Shown here piece by piece: positions 43,940 through 54,543 of a DNA stretch of 64,000 bases. Positions within the stretch are counted from its first letter, which is position 1; each line of letters starts with the position of its first letter. The stretch comes from an uncultured Spirochaetota bacterium (GTDB lineage Bacteria; Spirochaetota; Spirochaetia; SZUA-6; Fen-1364). The notes under the pieces are model-generated. The model was not told the DNA's origin, searched no databases, and was given only the letters and a program-made list of their open reading frames with translations. Location: NCBI GenBank assembly GCA_963820525.1, contig CAWGAA010000001.1, positions 768,001 to 832,000 on the forward strand. Reading direction: 5' to 3'. The position numbers and the translations under genes were made by a program.

Positions 43940-44467
43940 ATGAAGTTTGATCTGACCCTAAACTGGCAGTCCGTGTTGACCCTTGCCGCCTTGCTTTCAT
44001 CATGGACAATTCCCCTTTTGCTCGACTTTCTTCGGAGACGAAGGCAGTCGGATATTGTCCGCAAGAGTATCTCTTTATATCTTGATTCACTCGAGATCAA
44101 AGCTAGGCTTTGGCTGCGCTTCTATTTTGACGGGGACGTAAAACTTCCCAAAGGAAGGAGATCGTTTGAATACACAAACAAGCAAAATCACGACGCGTTG
44201 GAGGACCTGTTCCGTTCAAGTGATCTCGGCAACTTGGAGAAGGAGGAGTTGCTGAAATTCGTCCAGTACTTTAAGGCCTCACAGGAAATGAGGTCCCAGG
44301 AAGACTTCAAAAAATACGTTTCCCGGATAGGTGACGAATCGCTTAGGCAAGTGTTTCCGCAGGGCCCCCACTTTCAGAATATACTAAGGACTACCGCCAA
44401 GGCAATGTCTGCTTCTCATAGGTTGGCCGCTCGACAAGCCGGGGCCACAGTTCCTCGTCGCAGGTAG
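43940..44467 (+). CDS. Hypothetical protein with N-terminal TM helix
   Basis: SD GGGAG; 175-aa ORF ending before attC. Confidence 0.65.
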   Translation: MKFDLTLNWQSVLTLAALLSSWTIPLLLDFLRRRRQSDIVRKSISLYLDSLEIKARLWLRFYFDGDVKLPKGRRSFEYTNKQNHDALEDLFRSSDLGNLEKEELLKFVQYFKASQEMRSQEDFKKYVSRIGDESLRQVFPQGPHFQNILRTTAKAMSASHRLAARQAGATVPRRR

Positions 44468-44830
44468 CGCATTCATAGATGCCGCGATTCTATCGATCAT
44501 CGTGGGTCAATTACGAAATGCGGGAGATAACATGCTGTTGGAGTTGACCGCCTAGGCTATGCTTCGTAACCAATAGCTACGCGCATTAAAGCATTTGTAC
44601 TTGGATGATTCGGGGCGGCAACTCAACAGCGTCGTTATGACGCCTCAAGATTTGGCCGATTGAGGCAAACGGACTGGAATGCCTCGGGGAAGAGGGTCAG
44701 GCGTCCATGCCTGACCCTCTTCCCCTCATTGGTATCATTCGAGACCTCTATCTCCGAACTATAATCAAATATACCGAATCGCCTTGTGAGGGCTCCTTGA
44801 CTATACATACCAATAATGGTATGTTTCGAC

Positions 44831-45163
44831 ATGCAATATGAAGTCGTATTGTTGGAGCCTGCAACGGACTTCCTACGCAACCTCGAGGGGAAGCTGCAAG
44901 CAAAAGCGTTCCGATCAATCGAACTTCTAGGGCATTTTGGAACACAATTGATCATGCCGCACTCCAAAAAGCTCAGCGGATACGATCTGTGGGAATTGCG
45001 GGTTCGACATGCAGGCATGATCTGCCGACTATTCTATTTCCACGATCGGGATAGGATCTTTGTTGTGACTTCTGGATATGTTAAGAAGAGTGACAGGACT
45101 AATCCAAAGGAGATAAAGAGGGCACTCCGGCTTAAGATGGAGCACCTTGGAGGGACCACATAA
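44831..45163 (+). CDS. RelE/ParE (Gp49-like/HigB) toxin
   Basis: PHSKKL..LWELR..RLFYF..KKS..T..EI..A pattern. Confidence 0.88.
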   Translation: MQYEVVLLEPATDFLRNLEGKLQAKAFRSIELLGHFGTQLIMPHSKKLSGYDLWELRVRHAGMICRLFYFHDRDRIFVVTSGYVKKSDRTNPKEIKRALRLKMEHLGGTT

Positions 45164-45456
45164 TGAAGCAGACTCGATATGAGGATTTGCTCAACCGTCA
45201 ATTGAAGAACCCTCAGTTCCGGAAAGAATATGAAGCGTTAGAGGGTGAGTTCACCCTGGCAAAAGAAATAATCGCACTTCGTATCAAGAATAGACTTACG
45301 CAGAAACAACTCGCACAGCAAATCGGAACCTCCCAGCCCGCCATTGCTCGGATTGAATCTGGTAGCTACCGGAATGTCTCGCTCTCATTTCTTAGGCGGA
45401 TCGCAGATGCACTTGGAGCCGTGCCGGAAATACATCTGAAAAAGAAAGGTGCATGA
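45163..45456 (+). CDS. XRE-HTH antitoxin (HigA-like)
   Basis: LTQKQLAQQIGTSQPAIARIESG. Confidence 0.9.
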   Translation: MKQTRYEDLLNRQLKNPQFRKEYEALEGEFTLAKEIIALRIKNRLTQKQLAQQIGTSQPAIARIESGSYRNVSLSFLRRIADALGAVPEIHLKKKGA

Positions 45457-45642
45457 GCGCTATTACAACCGTGAGCTGAATAGCTTTCCACGCCCTCGCC
45501 ATCCCTGGCTCGGGCGCATGTCCTGATAGATAGCGGAAGCGCTGACAATTTGTAGACGATCCATATTGGAGTCGTCATAACATGCTGTTGGAGTTGACCG
45601 CCTAGGCTATGCGTCGCTTAGCTACAGCTTGTCGGGTAATTG

Positions 45643-46029
45643 TTAGCTCTCCGGAGCCCGCTTACCGTGGATACGCGGGGTTGGCGTCTTTCTCGCGGGG
45701 GACGGTAGCTTTTTAAGAAGGCGATCGGTGACGCGCAACGACATCCTCTCCATTTGAGCGATGATTCTGTCCAGTTCGCGGCCGGTGGCAACCCAGACGG
45801 CGAGAAGGTCGGCCTGTTCGCGCGTCAGGCGGACTGTGACGGTTTTTCCATCCACCTTGCGGGTCCACTGGTAGTAGGGACCGTGAAGGCGGGGCGGAGA
45901 AGCTTGGCAGGCGCAGCCGGGCTTGCCGCAGGCCATGAAGCGTTTCAGCAAGGTGCCACGGCGGAAATAGCCGACTCGGCTGAGGGCGCGCTGGAGCTGC
46001 TGGTAGTTTTGCGGAAGATCGGTTTTCAT
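45643..46029 (-). CDS. DUF6788-like accessory protein of the IS
   Basis: RGTL...CGKPGCAC...HGPYYQWT..GKT.T motif. Confidence 0.75.
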   Translation of the reverse strand: MKTDLPQNYQQLQRALSRVGYFRRGTLLKRFMACGKPGCACQASPPRLHGPYYQWTRKVDGKTVTVRLTREQADLLAVWVATGRELDRIIAQMERMSLRVTDRLLKKLPSPARKTPTPRIHGKRAPES

Positions 46030-46040
46030 AGAAATATATC

Positions 46041-46068
46041 TTGACAGAAAACTGTCTACAGTTATAAT
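46041..46068 (+). promoter_or_regulatory. Consensus sigma70 promoter inside the IS
   Basis: TTGACA-16bp-TATAAT. Confidence 0.65.
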
Positions 46069-46236
46069 ACTGTTAGATATGTTGCCCGTCAAGCTTCCCC
46101 GGCGTTGGTTTTTCTCCCGGATCCTCGCTTCGATGTGCGTGTGCGTCTTTCTCGGCCTGGGCATCTTGATCTTCTCCAGCGCCCCCTCCATGGCAGCCGC
46201 CGATAGAGCAATCGTTCCCCAGGAGGTCCCTCGTCC

Positions 46237-47628
46237 ATGCAAACCACTTCTGCCAGTGCCAAGCGCCAACCCGCTCTGATTCCCAGGTCTATGCGCCCGA
46301 CCATCTCCATCGCGGAGGACCACAGGCTGGTCCAAATGACCGACACCCTGGACTGGACAGAAATGGAGGAGCAAGCCCAGCAGATACGATCCGCCAAGCT
46401 CAAGAACGCCGCTGGGCGGCCGCCGCACCTGCGCGCCTTGCTGGGAGCTATGCTGCTGATGGCCACCCGAAAGCTGACATACCGGGAGGCCGAGGACTTG
46501 ATCTGCTACTACGCCCCAGCGCGCTACTTGTGCGGGCTGACCGAAACGGAGTGGACCCCGGACTTCACCACCATCCAGGACTTCACCGAACTGATGGGCG
46601 AGCAGGGGATCAAGCTCATCAATCAATGCGTGGTGCAAATGGCGGTGAAACAAAAGTTGGCAGATCCCAAGACACTGGTGGCCGACACCACAGCGCAGGA
46701 AGCGGCGATCCCCTATCCCAACGAGATGGGGCTCATGGCCGGCTTTCTGACCTCGGTGGCTGCCGCAACCCGAAAAGTTGGCCGAGCGCTGAAGGGATTC
46801 GTGCAGGAGACGGTGAGTCAATTCGAGGCGGCCAAGAAGAAGGGGCGAGAGTACCGCCTGTTCGCCAAGACCAAGGAGAGCAAGGATCGGGTGATGGGGC
46901 AGATGATCGCCATCGTCAAGAAGCTCAACGAGCATCTGAGCAAGGCGCTGGGCGCCCCTGCCGCACAGTGGGAAAAGCTACGCAAGCATGCAATTGTGGC
47001 CAAAAGCAAGCTGGTTCAGTTGCAGGAAACGATGAGCAAACTGATCCCGCAGATCCGCTACTGGATTCGCACGGGCTGCGTGGCCAGCGGCAAGATCATC
47101 AGCCTGCATATCCCGCAGCTCTACAGCATCGTACGCGGCAAAGTGGGCAAATCGGTGGAGTTTGGGCTGAGCTGGGGCATCAGGCGACTGGCGGGGGGGT
47201 ACCTGCTGGCCACGCTGGCCCCGAATCGCCGCGAGTTACAGGACACGAAGTTCGCGGTGCGAGCGGTCAAAGACCACATCGCGCTCTTTGGCAAGGCGCC
47301 GCTGGCTTATGCCTACGACCGTGGTGGATACAGCGCGGAGAATGTCTCCACCTTGAAGAAGTTGGGGGTCAAGGATGTGGGACTGGCCCCCCGTGGACGT
47401 ACGCAGTGGTCGGTAAGCGGGCCGGTGCGCGACCGGCTGGTCAGAGAGAGGGCAATGGTGGAGGCGGGAATCGGCACCATCAAGAGCCCGAGATACGGGT
47501 TCAATCGTCCAGCTGCTCGTTCGGAGGCCATGATGGGAGCGTGTGGGCAGCGCGCTGTGTTGGGATTCAACACCAACAAGCTGATCCGCGAACTTGCCGG
47601 GCGAAAGGGGATGACGCTGAACGGCTAA
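46237..47628 (+). CDS. DDE transposase (IS5/ISNCY-like)
   Basis: GRPP, PDFTTI, ADTT, GKVGKSVEFG, YDRGG and RAMVEAGIG motifs. Confidence 0.85.
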   Translation: MQTTSASAKRQPALIPRSMRPTISIAEDHRLVQMTDTLDWTEMEEQAQQIRSAKLKNAAGRPPHLRALLGAMLLMATRKLTYREAEDLICYYAPARYLCGLTETEWTPDFTTIQDFTELMGEQGIKLINQCVVQMAVKQKLADPKTLVADTTAQEAAIPYPNEMGLMAGFLTSVAAATRKVGRALKGFVQETVSQFEAAKKKGREYRLFAKTKESKDRVMGQMIAIVKKLNEHLSKALGAPAAQWEKLRKHAIVAKSKLVQLQETMSKLIPQIRYWIRTGCVASGKIISLHIPQLYSIVRGKVGKSVEFGLSWGIRRLAGGYLLATLAPNRRELQDTKFAVRAVKDHIALFGKAPLAYAYDRGGYSAENVSTLKKLGVKDVGLAPRGRTQWSVSGPVRDRLVRERAMVEAGIGTIKSPRYGFNRPAARSEAMMGACGQRAVLGFNTNKLIRELAGRKGMTLNG

Positions 47629-47970
47629 CGGAATACGGGACGCCTGGTCACGAGACTGACAGTGCACCAGCGGGGTACGCACACAAGACACACAGCGCAC
47701 CGGAAGGCGCGACATAGGTCCGCGGCCCGTCGAACACCGAGCCAACGGGCGCCTGAATTACCCGACAAACTGTAGCTATAGCTACGCTCATTGAAGCCTT
47801 TGTACTTGGATGATTCGGGGCGGCAACTCAACAGCGTCGTTATCTTGCCATAGTAAATACCCAGTTGTGCATTTTTCATGCCATTGCATTTGTTTTAAGA
47901 ATTCATCACAACATTAAGCATGATTACCATATGTTGACACTGTGCGCACAATGGGGTATATTCCTTATTG

Positions 47971-48249
47971 ATGCAGTTCGCCTTTGACAAGGAGAAGAAT
48001 GACCTTCTTTATAAACGGCGTGGGGTAACTTTTCCCATGGTAATTGAGGCGATTGCAGATAAGGGAATTCTATTGAATTTTGATCACCCAAATCAATTGA
48101 AATATCCAAACCAAAAGGTACTTGTTGTTGATTTGGAAGGATATGCATACTGCGTACCTTATATTATTCAAGGAACTACTTGGTTCTTGAAAACGATCTA
48201 TCCAAGCAGACGTTTCAAGTACCTAATCGAAGGAGAAACCAATGGATAG
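47971..48249 (+). CDS. BrnT-like toxin
   Basis: F.FD.EKN..L...RGVTF...FLKTIYPSRR. Confidence 0.8.
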   Translation: MQFAFDKEKNDLLYKRRGVTFPMVIEAIADKGILLNFDHPNQLKYPNQKVLVVDLEGYAYCVPYIIQGTTWFLKTIYPSRRFKYLIEGETNG

Positions 48250-48544
48250 ATATAATCCGAAATACATTGACCGTGAAGAGAAAGATCTCATGCAAGACAT
48301 TGACAAAATAGATCTCCGTAAGGTTAGAAAGCCGACCCAAAAGGTACAAGGACAACTCAGGAGAGCTGCAAAGAGGCACCTAGAAAAAGAATTGAAAATG
48401 AATATTAGAATTGACCCCTATGAATTATCAAAGATTAAAGAAAAGGCAGAAATGGAAGGATTAAAATACCAAAGCCTCGTAAAGAGCGTACTACACAAAT
48501 ACATTACTGGCCAATTGATTGAAAAAGGGAAAAAAGCTGTATAG
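48242..48544 (+). CDS. RHH/CopG-like antitoxin
   Basis: MNIRI..IKEKA..EGL.YQSLV.SVLHKY. Confidence 0.8.
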   Translation: MDRYNPKYIDREEKDLMQDIDKIDLRKVRKPTQKVQGQLRRAAKRHLEKELKMNIRIDPYELSKIKEKAEMEGLKYQSLVKSVLHKYITGQLIEKGKKAV

Positions 48545-50155
48545 GAATTATGGCTAAAATCTTATTATTAAAATAGATAAATGGCAAGATAACATGCGGT
48601 TGGAGTTGTCCGCCTAGGCTACGTTCATCAACAGTAAGCTAAGTTTGCTAGGGTCCTTCGGTTGCTGATTCGGGGCGGCAACTCAACCGCGTCGTTATCT
48701 CCATCTAGATTTATATTGATTAGCAATGAAGTTAAGAATTATTAATTAAATAATCTTGGATAAGACGCTTTTCAATTTCATGTTTGCCCATGATGGCGTT
48801 GGCCTTTCTCTGGAAGGATGGCGGTGTTGTACTAGGTTGCACGCTTGTTTTTAGTTTCAATGCATGGCACGTCACCTTGGCTTATTATCACCGATTACAT
48901 TCAACGGCTCTAATCAAGCTCTTTCAATTGATTCGCTAGATCTTTTCTGCTTTCCTCAACGCCATCATACTGGATGGAGATAACATGTCGTTGCAGCTGA
49001 CCGCCCAAGCTACGCGTCGTCACTTGAAACTATGCGTGCTCAGCTATTTCCTTTTTTTGAGGCGGGGCGGCAGCTGAACTCCTTGTTATATCCATCTAGA
49101 TTTATATTGATTAGCGAATAGACAACGAATTATTAATTCAATAATAGAAGATAAGACGCTTTTCAATAGCTTTTTGCCCATGATGGCGTTGACATTGCTC
49201 CGTAAGGATGGCGGTGTTGTACTACATTGCTTGCTTTTCTTTAGTTTCAATACATGGCACGTCACCTCGTCTTGCCAACACCGATTGCATTCAACGGCTC
49301 GGATCAAGCTCCTTCAATTGATTCGATAGACCTTTTCTGCTTTCCTCAACGCCATCATACTGGATGGATATAACATGCTGTTGGAGTTGTCCGCCTAGGC
49401 TACGCGTCGTTACTTATAGCTACGTTTCCTAGGGTTCCTTCGGTTGCTGATTCGGGGCGGCAACTCAACAGCGTCGTTATATCCAATCTAGATTTATATT
49501 GATTATCGAATAGGCAACGAATTAGTAATTCAATAAAAAGAGATAATACGTGTTTCAATAGCTTGTTTAACCATGATGGCGTTGGCATTGCTCTGGAAGG
49601 ATGGCGGTGTTGTACTAATGTTGCTTGCTTGCTCTTAGTTTCAATACACTGCACGTCACCGTGGCTTAATGGTCAACGATTTCATTATAGGGCTCGGATC
49701 AAGCTCTTTCTCTTGAAACAACAACTCTTTTCTGTTGTCCTCAACGCCATCATACTGGATGGATATAACATGCTGTTGGAGTTGTCCGCCTAGGCTACGC
49801 GTCGTTACTTATAGCTACGTTTGCTAGGGTTCCTTCGGTTGCTGATTCGGGGCGGCAACTCAACAGCGTCGTTATCTCCATCTAGATTTATATTGATTAG
49901 CAATGAAGTTAAGAATTATTAATTAAATAATCTTGGATAAGACGCTTTTCAATTTCATGTTTGCCCATGATGGCGTTGGCCTTTCTCTGGAAGGATGGCG
50001 GTGTTGTACTAGGTTGCACGCTTGTTTTTAGTTTCAATGCATGGCACGTCACCTTGGCTTATTATCACCGATTACATTCAACGGCTCGAATCAAGCTCTT
50101 TCAATTGATTCGCTAGATCTTTTCTGCTTTCCTCAACGCCATCATACTGGATGGA

Positions 50156-51241
50156 CCTGAATTCAACCTCGAAGTGCAACGATTCTTATTTTTCATGATA
50201 CACCTCCTGGGGCGTTCTGTAGCCGTGCCGTTTTCTAGGCCTTGAGTTTAGGCTAAAGGCAATCTGCTCGCATAGAGCTTGAGTGACATCCCTCATGCAG
50301 GTTTTCTTTGGAAGATACTGACGGATCAAACCGTTTAGGTTCTCGTTGCTGCCTCGCTCCCAGGAATGATAAGGCGTTGCAAAGTAGCATTTCAGTTCGG
50401 AATGATCCTCCAGGGTCCTGTAGTCATGGAATTCTGTACCGTTGTCCAAGGTGAGTGTCTTGAAGTTGGCTACGTTCTCCCTAATAGCCGGCAGTGCTGC
50501 CTCTGTTACTGAGGCTGCTGTTCTTGAGCTCATTTTCCTTATGATAGCAAATCCCGACTTTCGTTCCACCAGAGTGAGGATGCAGTGATGAAGGTCCCTG
50601 CCCATGACGGTGTCGCCCTCCCAATGACCCAATTCTTTACGAGTTTCAACCTCTGGAGGCCTCGTTGAAATATGGCGTTTTCCTGGGAGAATTCCTCTTG
50701 AATCCCTTGAATTGTAACGTTTTCGCCGCAGTTTCGGCATGATTCGAAGGTTCTTAAATAGCGTTCCTCCATGTTTCTTATCGTTCAGGATGTACTTGTA
50801 GATGGTCTCGTGACTGATTGTGAATGATCCATTCTTCTTCTGGTAAGCAGATATCTGTTCAGGGCTCCATTTCTCTTTCAAAAGAACAGTTACTTGCTGC
50901 ATTTGTTCTGGGCTGAAGCGCGAACCGCGCCTTTCACGTCGCCGTCTTGCAGTTGAATAGCTTTGGGCAAGCTCAGCTCGGTACCTCAAGTCATGGTTAG
51001 TTCGGTTTCGATGAAGTTCCCTGCTGATCGTGCTAGCTGAGCGACCTAGCTCACGTGCAATGTCAGCTTTAGATCTTCGGCTTACTAAAAAAGCTGTTAT
51101 GGTGTATCTTTCTTCTCGAGAGAGTTGGTGATAGTTATTCATGTATGAATCCCCTTTCTTGGCGGAAAATGGAGGCATACAATAATATCTCAGCTCTCTC
51201 ATTTTTAATCCATATCGTTGCGCTTACTATTTGAACCTGCG
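50156..51241 (-). mobile_element. IS30 copy 7, at attC R'' (non-matching flanks)
   Basis: Flanks GGA / GAG. Confidence 0.93.
50186..51142 (-). CDS. IS30 transposase
   Basis: Protein identical to copy 1. Confidence 0.93.
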   Translation of the reverse strand: MNNYHQLSREERYTITAFLVSRRSKADIARELGRSASTISRELHRNRTNHDLRYRAELAQSYSTARRRRERRGSRFSPEQMQQVTVLLKEKWSPEQISAYQKKNGSFTISHETIYKYILNDKKHGGTLFKNLRIMPKLRRKRYNSRDSRGILPGKRHISTRPPEVETRKELGHWEGDTVMGRDLHHCILTLVERKSGFAIIRKMSSRTAASVTEAALPAIRENVANFKTLTLDNGTEFHDYRTLEDHSELKCYFATPYHSWERGSNENLNGLIRQYLPKKTCMRDVTQALCEQIAFSLNSRPRKRHGYRTPQEVYHEK

Positions 51242-51492
51242 GAGTCTAACATGCTGTTGGAGTTGACCGCCTAGGCTACGCTTCGCTACATATAGCTACG
51301 CGCGTTGAAGTCTTTGTACTTGGATGATTCGGGGCGGCAACTCAACAGCGTCGTTATACGGGTCTATTCTTTGGGGCAAGGCTTATTCTGATTAGGGAAC
51401 TTCTGGTTTCATTTGTGATCAAAGCCTGATCTACCTGCTTACATTAAAATGATCCAATTGACAATCTTGAAAACACTCCACTATTATATGCT

Positions 51493-51753
51493 ATGCCTAC
51501 AATATGTCGTTTTTATGGCATCCTCATCCAGATGTATTTTGATGATCATAGTCCACCCCATTTTCATGTAGTATATAACGAATTCAAAGCCGTCATAGGC
51601 ATCAATGATTTTAGTATATTAGAAGGGGACCTACCGCCGAAAGCTCTTGGCTTAGTTATGGAATGGGCTAGAATACATAAGATTGAATTGCTGAAGGATT
51701 GGGAACTTGCTAAGAAGAAGCAATCCCTATTACCTATTGTTCCTTTAGAATAG
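51493..51753 (+). CDS. DUF4160 protein (putative toxin)
   Basis: MPTI.RFYGI.I.MY..DH.PPHFH. Confidence 0.88.
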   Translation: MPTICRFYGILIQMYFDDHSPPHFHVVYNEFKAVIGINDFSILEGDLPPKALGLVMEWARIHKIELLKDWELAKKKQSLLPIVPLE

Positions 51754-51762
51754 GAGTCTGTC

Positions 51763-52041
51763 ATGTATTTCGACATCGTTGATGCTGAATATATTAGAGA
51801 TTATGAAATCAAACTAAAATTCGCAGACGCTTCGGAAGGAACCGTTGATTTGTCATCCTATATAGATAAGGATACAGTTTTTAGAGCATTTCAAGATCTT
51901 GGCTATTTCAGAAACTTTCAAATAGAATATGGAACATTAGTCTGGGGACAAGGAGAGCTCGACCTTGCACCAGAGACTCTTTATACAATAGCAACTGGAA
52001 AACCGGTTAAGTTTCTTTCACAAAACAGGGCTATTTCATAA
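51763..52041 (+). CDS. DUF2442 protein (putative antitoxin)
   Basis: L.F.D...G.VD...W..ELDLAPETLY. Confidence 0.85.
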   Translation: MYFDIVDAEYIRDYEIKLKFADASEGTVDLSSYIDKDTVFRAFQDLGYFRNFQIEYGTLVWGQGELDLAPETLYTIATGKPVKFLSQNRAIS

Positions 52042-52261
52042 ACTTATTTATTCAAGCTGCCTATTCTATCTGAACGAAATATCTGTTAAAGAGACCCGTA
52101 TAACATGCTGTTGTAGCAGACCGCTTGGACTACGCATCGTTACTGATAGCTACGCGTGTTAAAACCAATTGTACCTGGATGATGCGGCGCGGCTGCTCAA
52201 CCGCGTCGTTAGGCTCCTAATTCATTACTGCTTCAGCCTTCATATAAAAGGAGGTCAGGCT

Positions 52262-53383
52262 ATGTTAAATAAGATTATCAAAACAATGTTGTTGCTCTCA
52301 GTGGTTTCGTTTAATGGGTGCATTTCAGATACGAAAGCAATTATTTCAGAGGAAACCAATCCAAGTTTAAATGTAAGCCTCCATGGCTTTAACTTTGGTG
52401 CTTGGGAAAAGAGAGGTTGGGATTCATCATTACCCGTGGACGAGGGATTGCAGTTCGCGGTTGATGAAGGGGCTAATTTCCTTGCACTGGATTGGCCTGT
52501 TTGCTTTGAAGATAATGGTCATATTGTCCCAGATGGAGGAGATTTGCACCCACCATTCACTGACATTGAATCAGTGATTGAAAAAGCAAAAGCTTTGCGA
52601 CTCTATGTCATGTTGAAACCACACGTGACCATGACCGATATCGCACAAAATAGAAACTATTATAATACAGATATAAAAGTATTCCTGCCCGCCAATTTTT
52701 TCCCTGACTGGAAAGATTACTTGGTAGCGCTTGCGGACACGGCGCAGATAATGAACGTTGACGCGATATGCATTGGTACTGAAATAAACTGCCTCGATTG
52801 GATGTATCGGACAGAATGGCTAGATATAATTTCTACACTCAGGCTCTCTTATTCAGGGGACTTGACATATGATGCTGTGTTTACAGTTTGGTACGAGGTA
52901 AAGGGCATCAACAATGTTGTTTTTTGGGACGCATTAGATTTTATTGGCTGTTCTCTCTATGTTCCGATAACTCGAGACGACAACGCTAGCGTTACAGATA
53001 TAATGAAGGGCTGGACTAACAATCAGGTTGGCACAATAAAGAATATAGTGAAATACTTACAAGACATTTCGAAGCGTTATAATAAACAGATCATGGCATT
53101 AGAGGGAGGATATCAGAGCGTTTCCGGAGGACTTTTTAATGTAAATGACCCACCTAATGAAAACAGGGTCGCCAATAATGACCTTCAATTTCGTGGCCTT
53201 TCTGCATATCTTGAAGTATTGTATAAGAACAAGGGTACTTGGCTAAAAGGCATTAGCTTGTGGCAGATTTCTCCGGTTACAATGACTCCAATCGAGCTAA
53301 CTAAGATGTGGTATACACAAGAATTCACAGTGTATAAAAAGCCTGCTGCTGATGTCGTTAAACAGTATTACACAATGCAATGA
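52262..53383 (+). CDS. Glycoside hydrolase family 113-like lipoprotein
   Basis: FNGC lipobox; VMLKPH, IGTE, FWDALDFIG and LEGGY motifs. Confidence 0.78.
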   Translation: MLNKIIKTMLLLSVVSFNGCISDTKAIISEETNPSLNVSLHGFNFGAWEKRGWDSSLPVDEGLQFAVDEGANFLALDWPVCFEDNGHIVPDGGDLHPPFTDIESVIEKAKALRLYVMLKPHVTMTDIAQNRNYYNTDIKVFLPANFFPDWKDYLVALADTAQIMNVDAICIGTEINCLDWMYRTEWLDIISTLRLSYSGDLTYDAVFTVWYEVKGINNVVFWDALDFIGCSLYVPITRDDNASVTDIMKGWTNNQVGTIKNIVKYLQDISKRYNKQIMALEGGYQSVSGGLFNVNDPPNENRVANNDLQFRGLSAYLEVLYKNKGTWLKGISLWQISPVTMTPIELTKMWYTQEFTVYKKPAADVVKQYYTMQ

Positions 53384-53457
53384 TGTTTTAAAGACCGCCA
53401 TATCACAAAGCATTAATGATTATTGATGTCCGAATACAAACAAAACTCAATTAGGAG

Positions 53458-54543
53458 CCTGAATTCAACCTCGAAGTGCAACGATTCTTATTTTTCATGA
53501 TACACCTCCTGGGGCGTTCTGTAGCCGTGCCGTTTTCTAGGCCTTGAGTTTAGGCTAAAGGCAATCTGCTCGCATAGAGCTTGAGTGACATCCCTCATGC
53601 AGGTTTTCTTTGGAAGATACTGACGGATCAAACCGTTTAGGTTCTCGTTGCTGCCTCGCTCCCAGGAATGATAAGGCGTTGCAAAGTAGCATTTCAGTTC
53701 GGAATGATCCTCCAGGGTCCTGTAGTCATGGAATTCTGTACCGTTGTCCAAGGTGAGTGTCTTGAAGTTGGCTACGTTCTCCCTAATAGCCGGCAGTGCT
53801 GCCTCTGTTACTGAGGCTGCTGTTCTTGAGCTCATTTTCCTTATGATAGCAAATCCCGACTTTCGTTCCACCAGAGTGAGGATGCAGTGATGAAGGTCCC
53901 TGCCCATGACGGTGTCGCCCTCCCAATGACCCAATTCTTTACGAGTTTCAACCTCTGGAGGCCTCGTTGAAATATGGCGTTTTCCTGGGAGAATTCCTCT
54001 TGAATCCCTTGAATTGTAACGTTTTCGCCGCAGTTTCGGCATGATTCGAAGGTTCTTAAATAGCGTTCCTCCATGTTTCTTATCGTTCAGGATGTACTTG
54101 TAGATGGTCTCGTGACTGATTGTGAATGATCCATTCTTCTTCTGGTAAGCAGATATCTGTTCAGGGCTCCATTTCTCTTTCAAAAGAACAGTTACTTGCT
54201 GCATTTGTTCTGGGCTGAAGCGCGAACCGCGCCTTTCACGTCGCCGTCTTGCAGTTGAATAGCTTTGGGCAAGCTCAGCTCGGTACCTCAAGTCATGGTT
54301 AGTTCGGTTTCGATGAAGTTCCCTGCTGATCGTGCTAGCTGAGCGACCTAGCTCACGTGCAATGTCAGCTTTAGATCTTCGGCTTACTAAAAAAGCTGTT
54401 ATGGTGTATCTTTCTTCTCGAGAGAGTTGGTGATAGTTATTCATGTATGAATCCCCTTTCTTGGCGGAAAATGGAGGCATACAATAATATCTCAGCTCTC
54501 TCATTTTTAATCCATATCGTTGCGCTTACTATTTGAACCTGCG
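53458..54543 (-). mobile_element. IS30 copy 8, at attC R'' (flanks GAG/AAG)
   Basis: Same ends as copy 1. Confidence 0.93.
53488..54444 (-). CDS. IS30 transposase
   Basis: Protein identical to copy 1. Confidence 0.93.
   Translation of the reverse strand: MNNYHQLSREERYTITAFLVSRRSKADIARELGRSASTISRELHRNRTNHDLRYRAELAQSYSTARRRRERRGSRFSPEQMQQVTVLLKEKWSPEQISAYQKKNGSFTISHETIYKYILNDKKHGGTLFKNLRIMPKLRRKRYNSRDSRGILPGKRHISTRPPEVETRKELGHWEGDTVMGRDLHHCILTLVERKSGFAIIRKMSSRTAASVTEAALPAIRENVANFKTLTLDNGTEFHDYRTLEDHSELKCYFATPYHSWERGSNENLNGLIRQYLPKKTCMRDVTQALCEQIAFSLNSRPRKRHGYRTPQEVYHEK

Larger units (their letters stand above)
45625..47772 (+). mobile_element. IS5/ISNCY-like element inserted in an attC loop
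   Basis: 17-bp IR CAG(C/T)TTGTCGGGTAATT and 6-bp TSD TAGCTA. Confidence 0.85.

Noticed and set aside
45643..47717. 430-aa (-) and 395-aa (+) ORFs overlapping the transposase
   Set aside because: These are shadow frames of a GC-rich gene; only 45643-46029 looks like a real protein.
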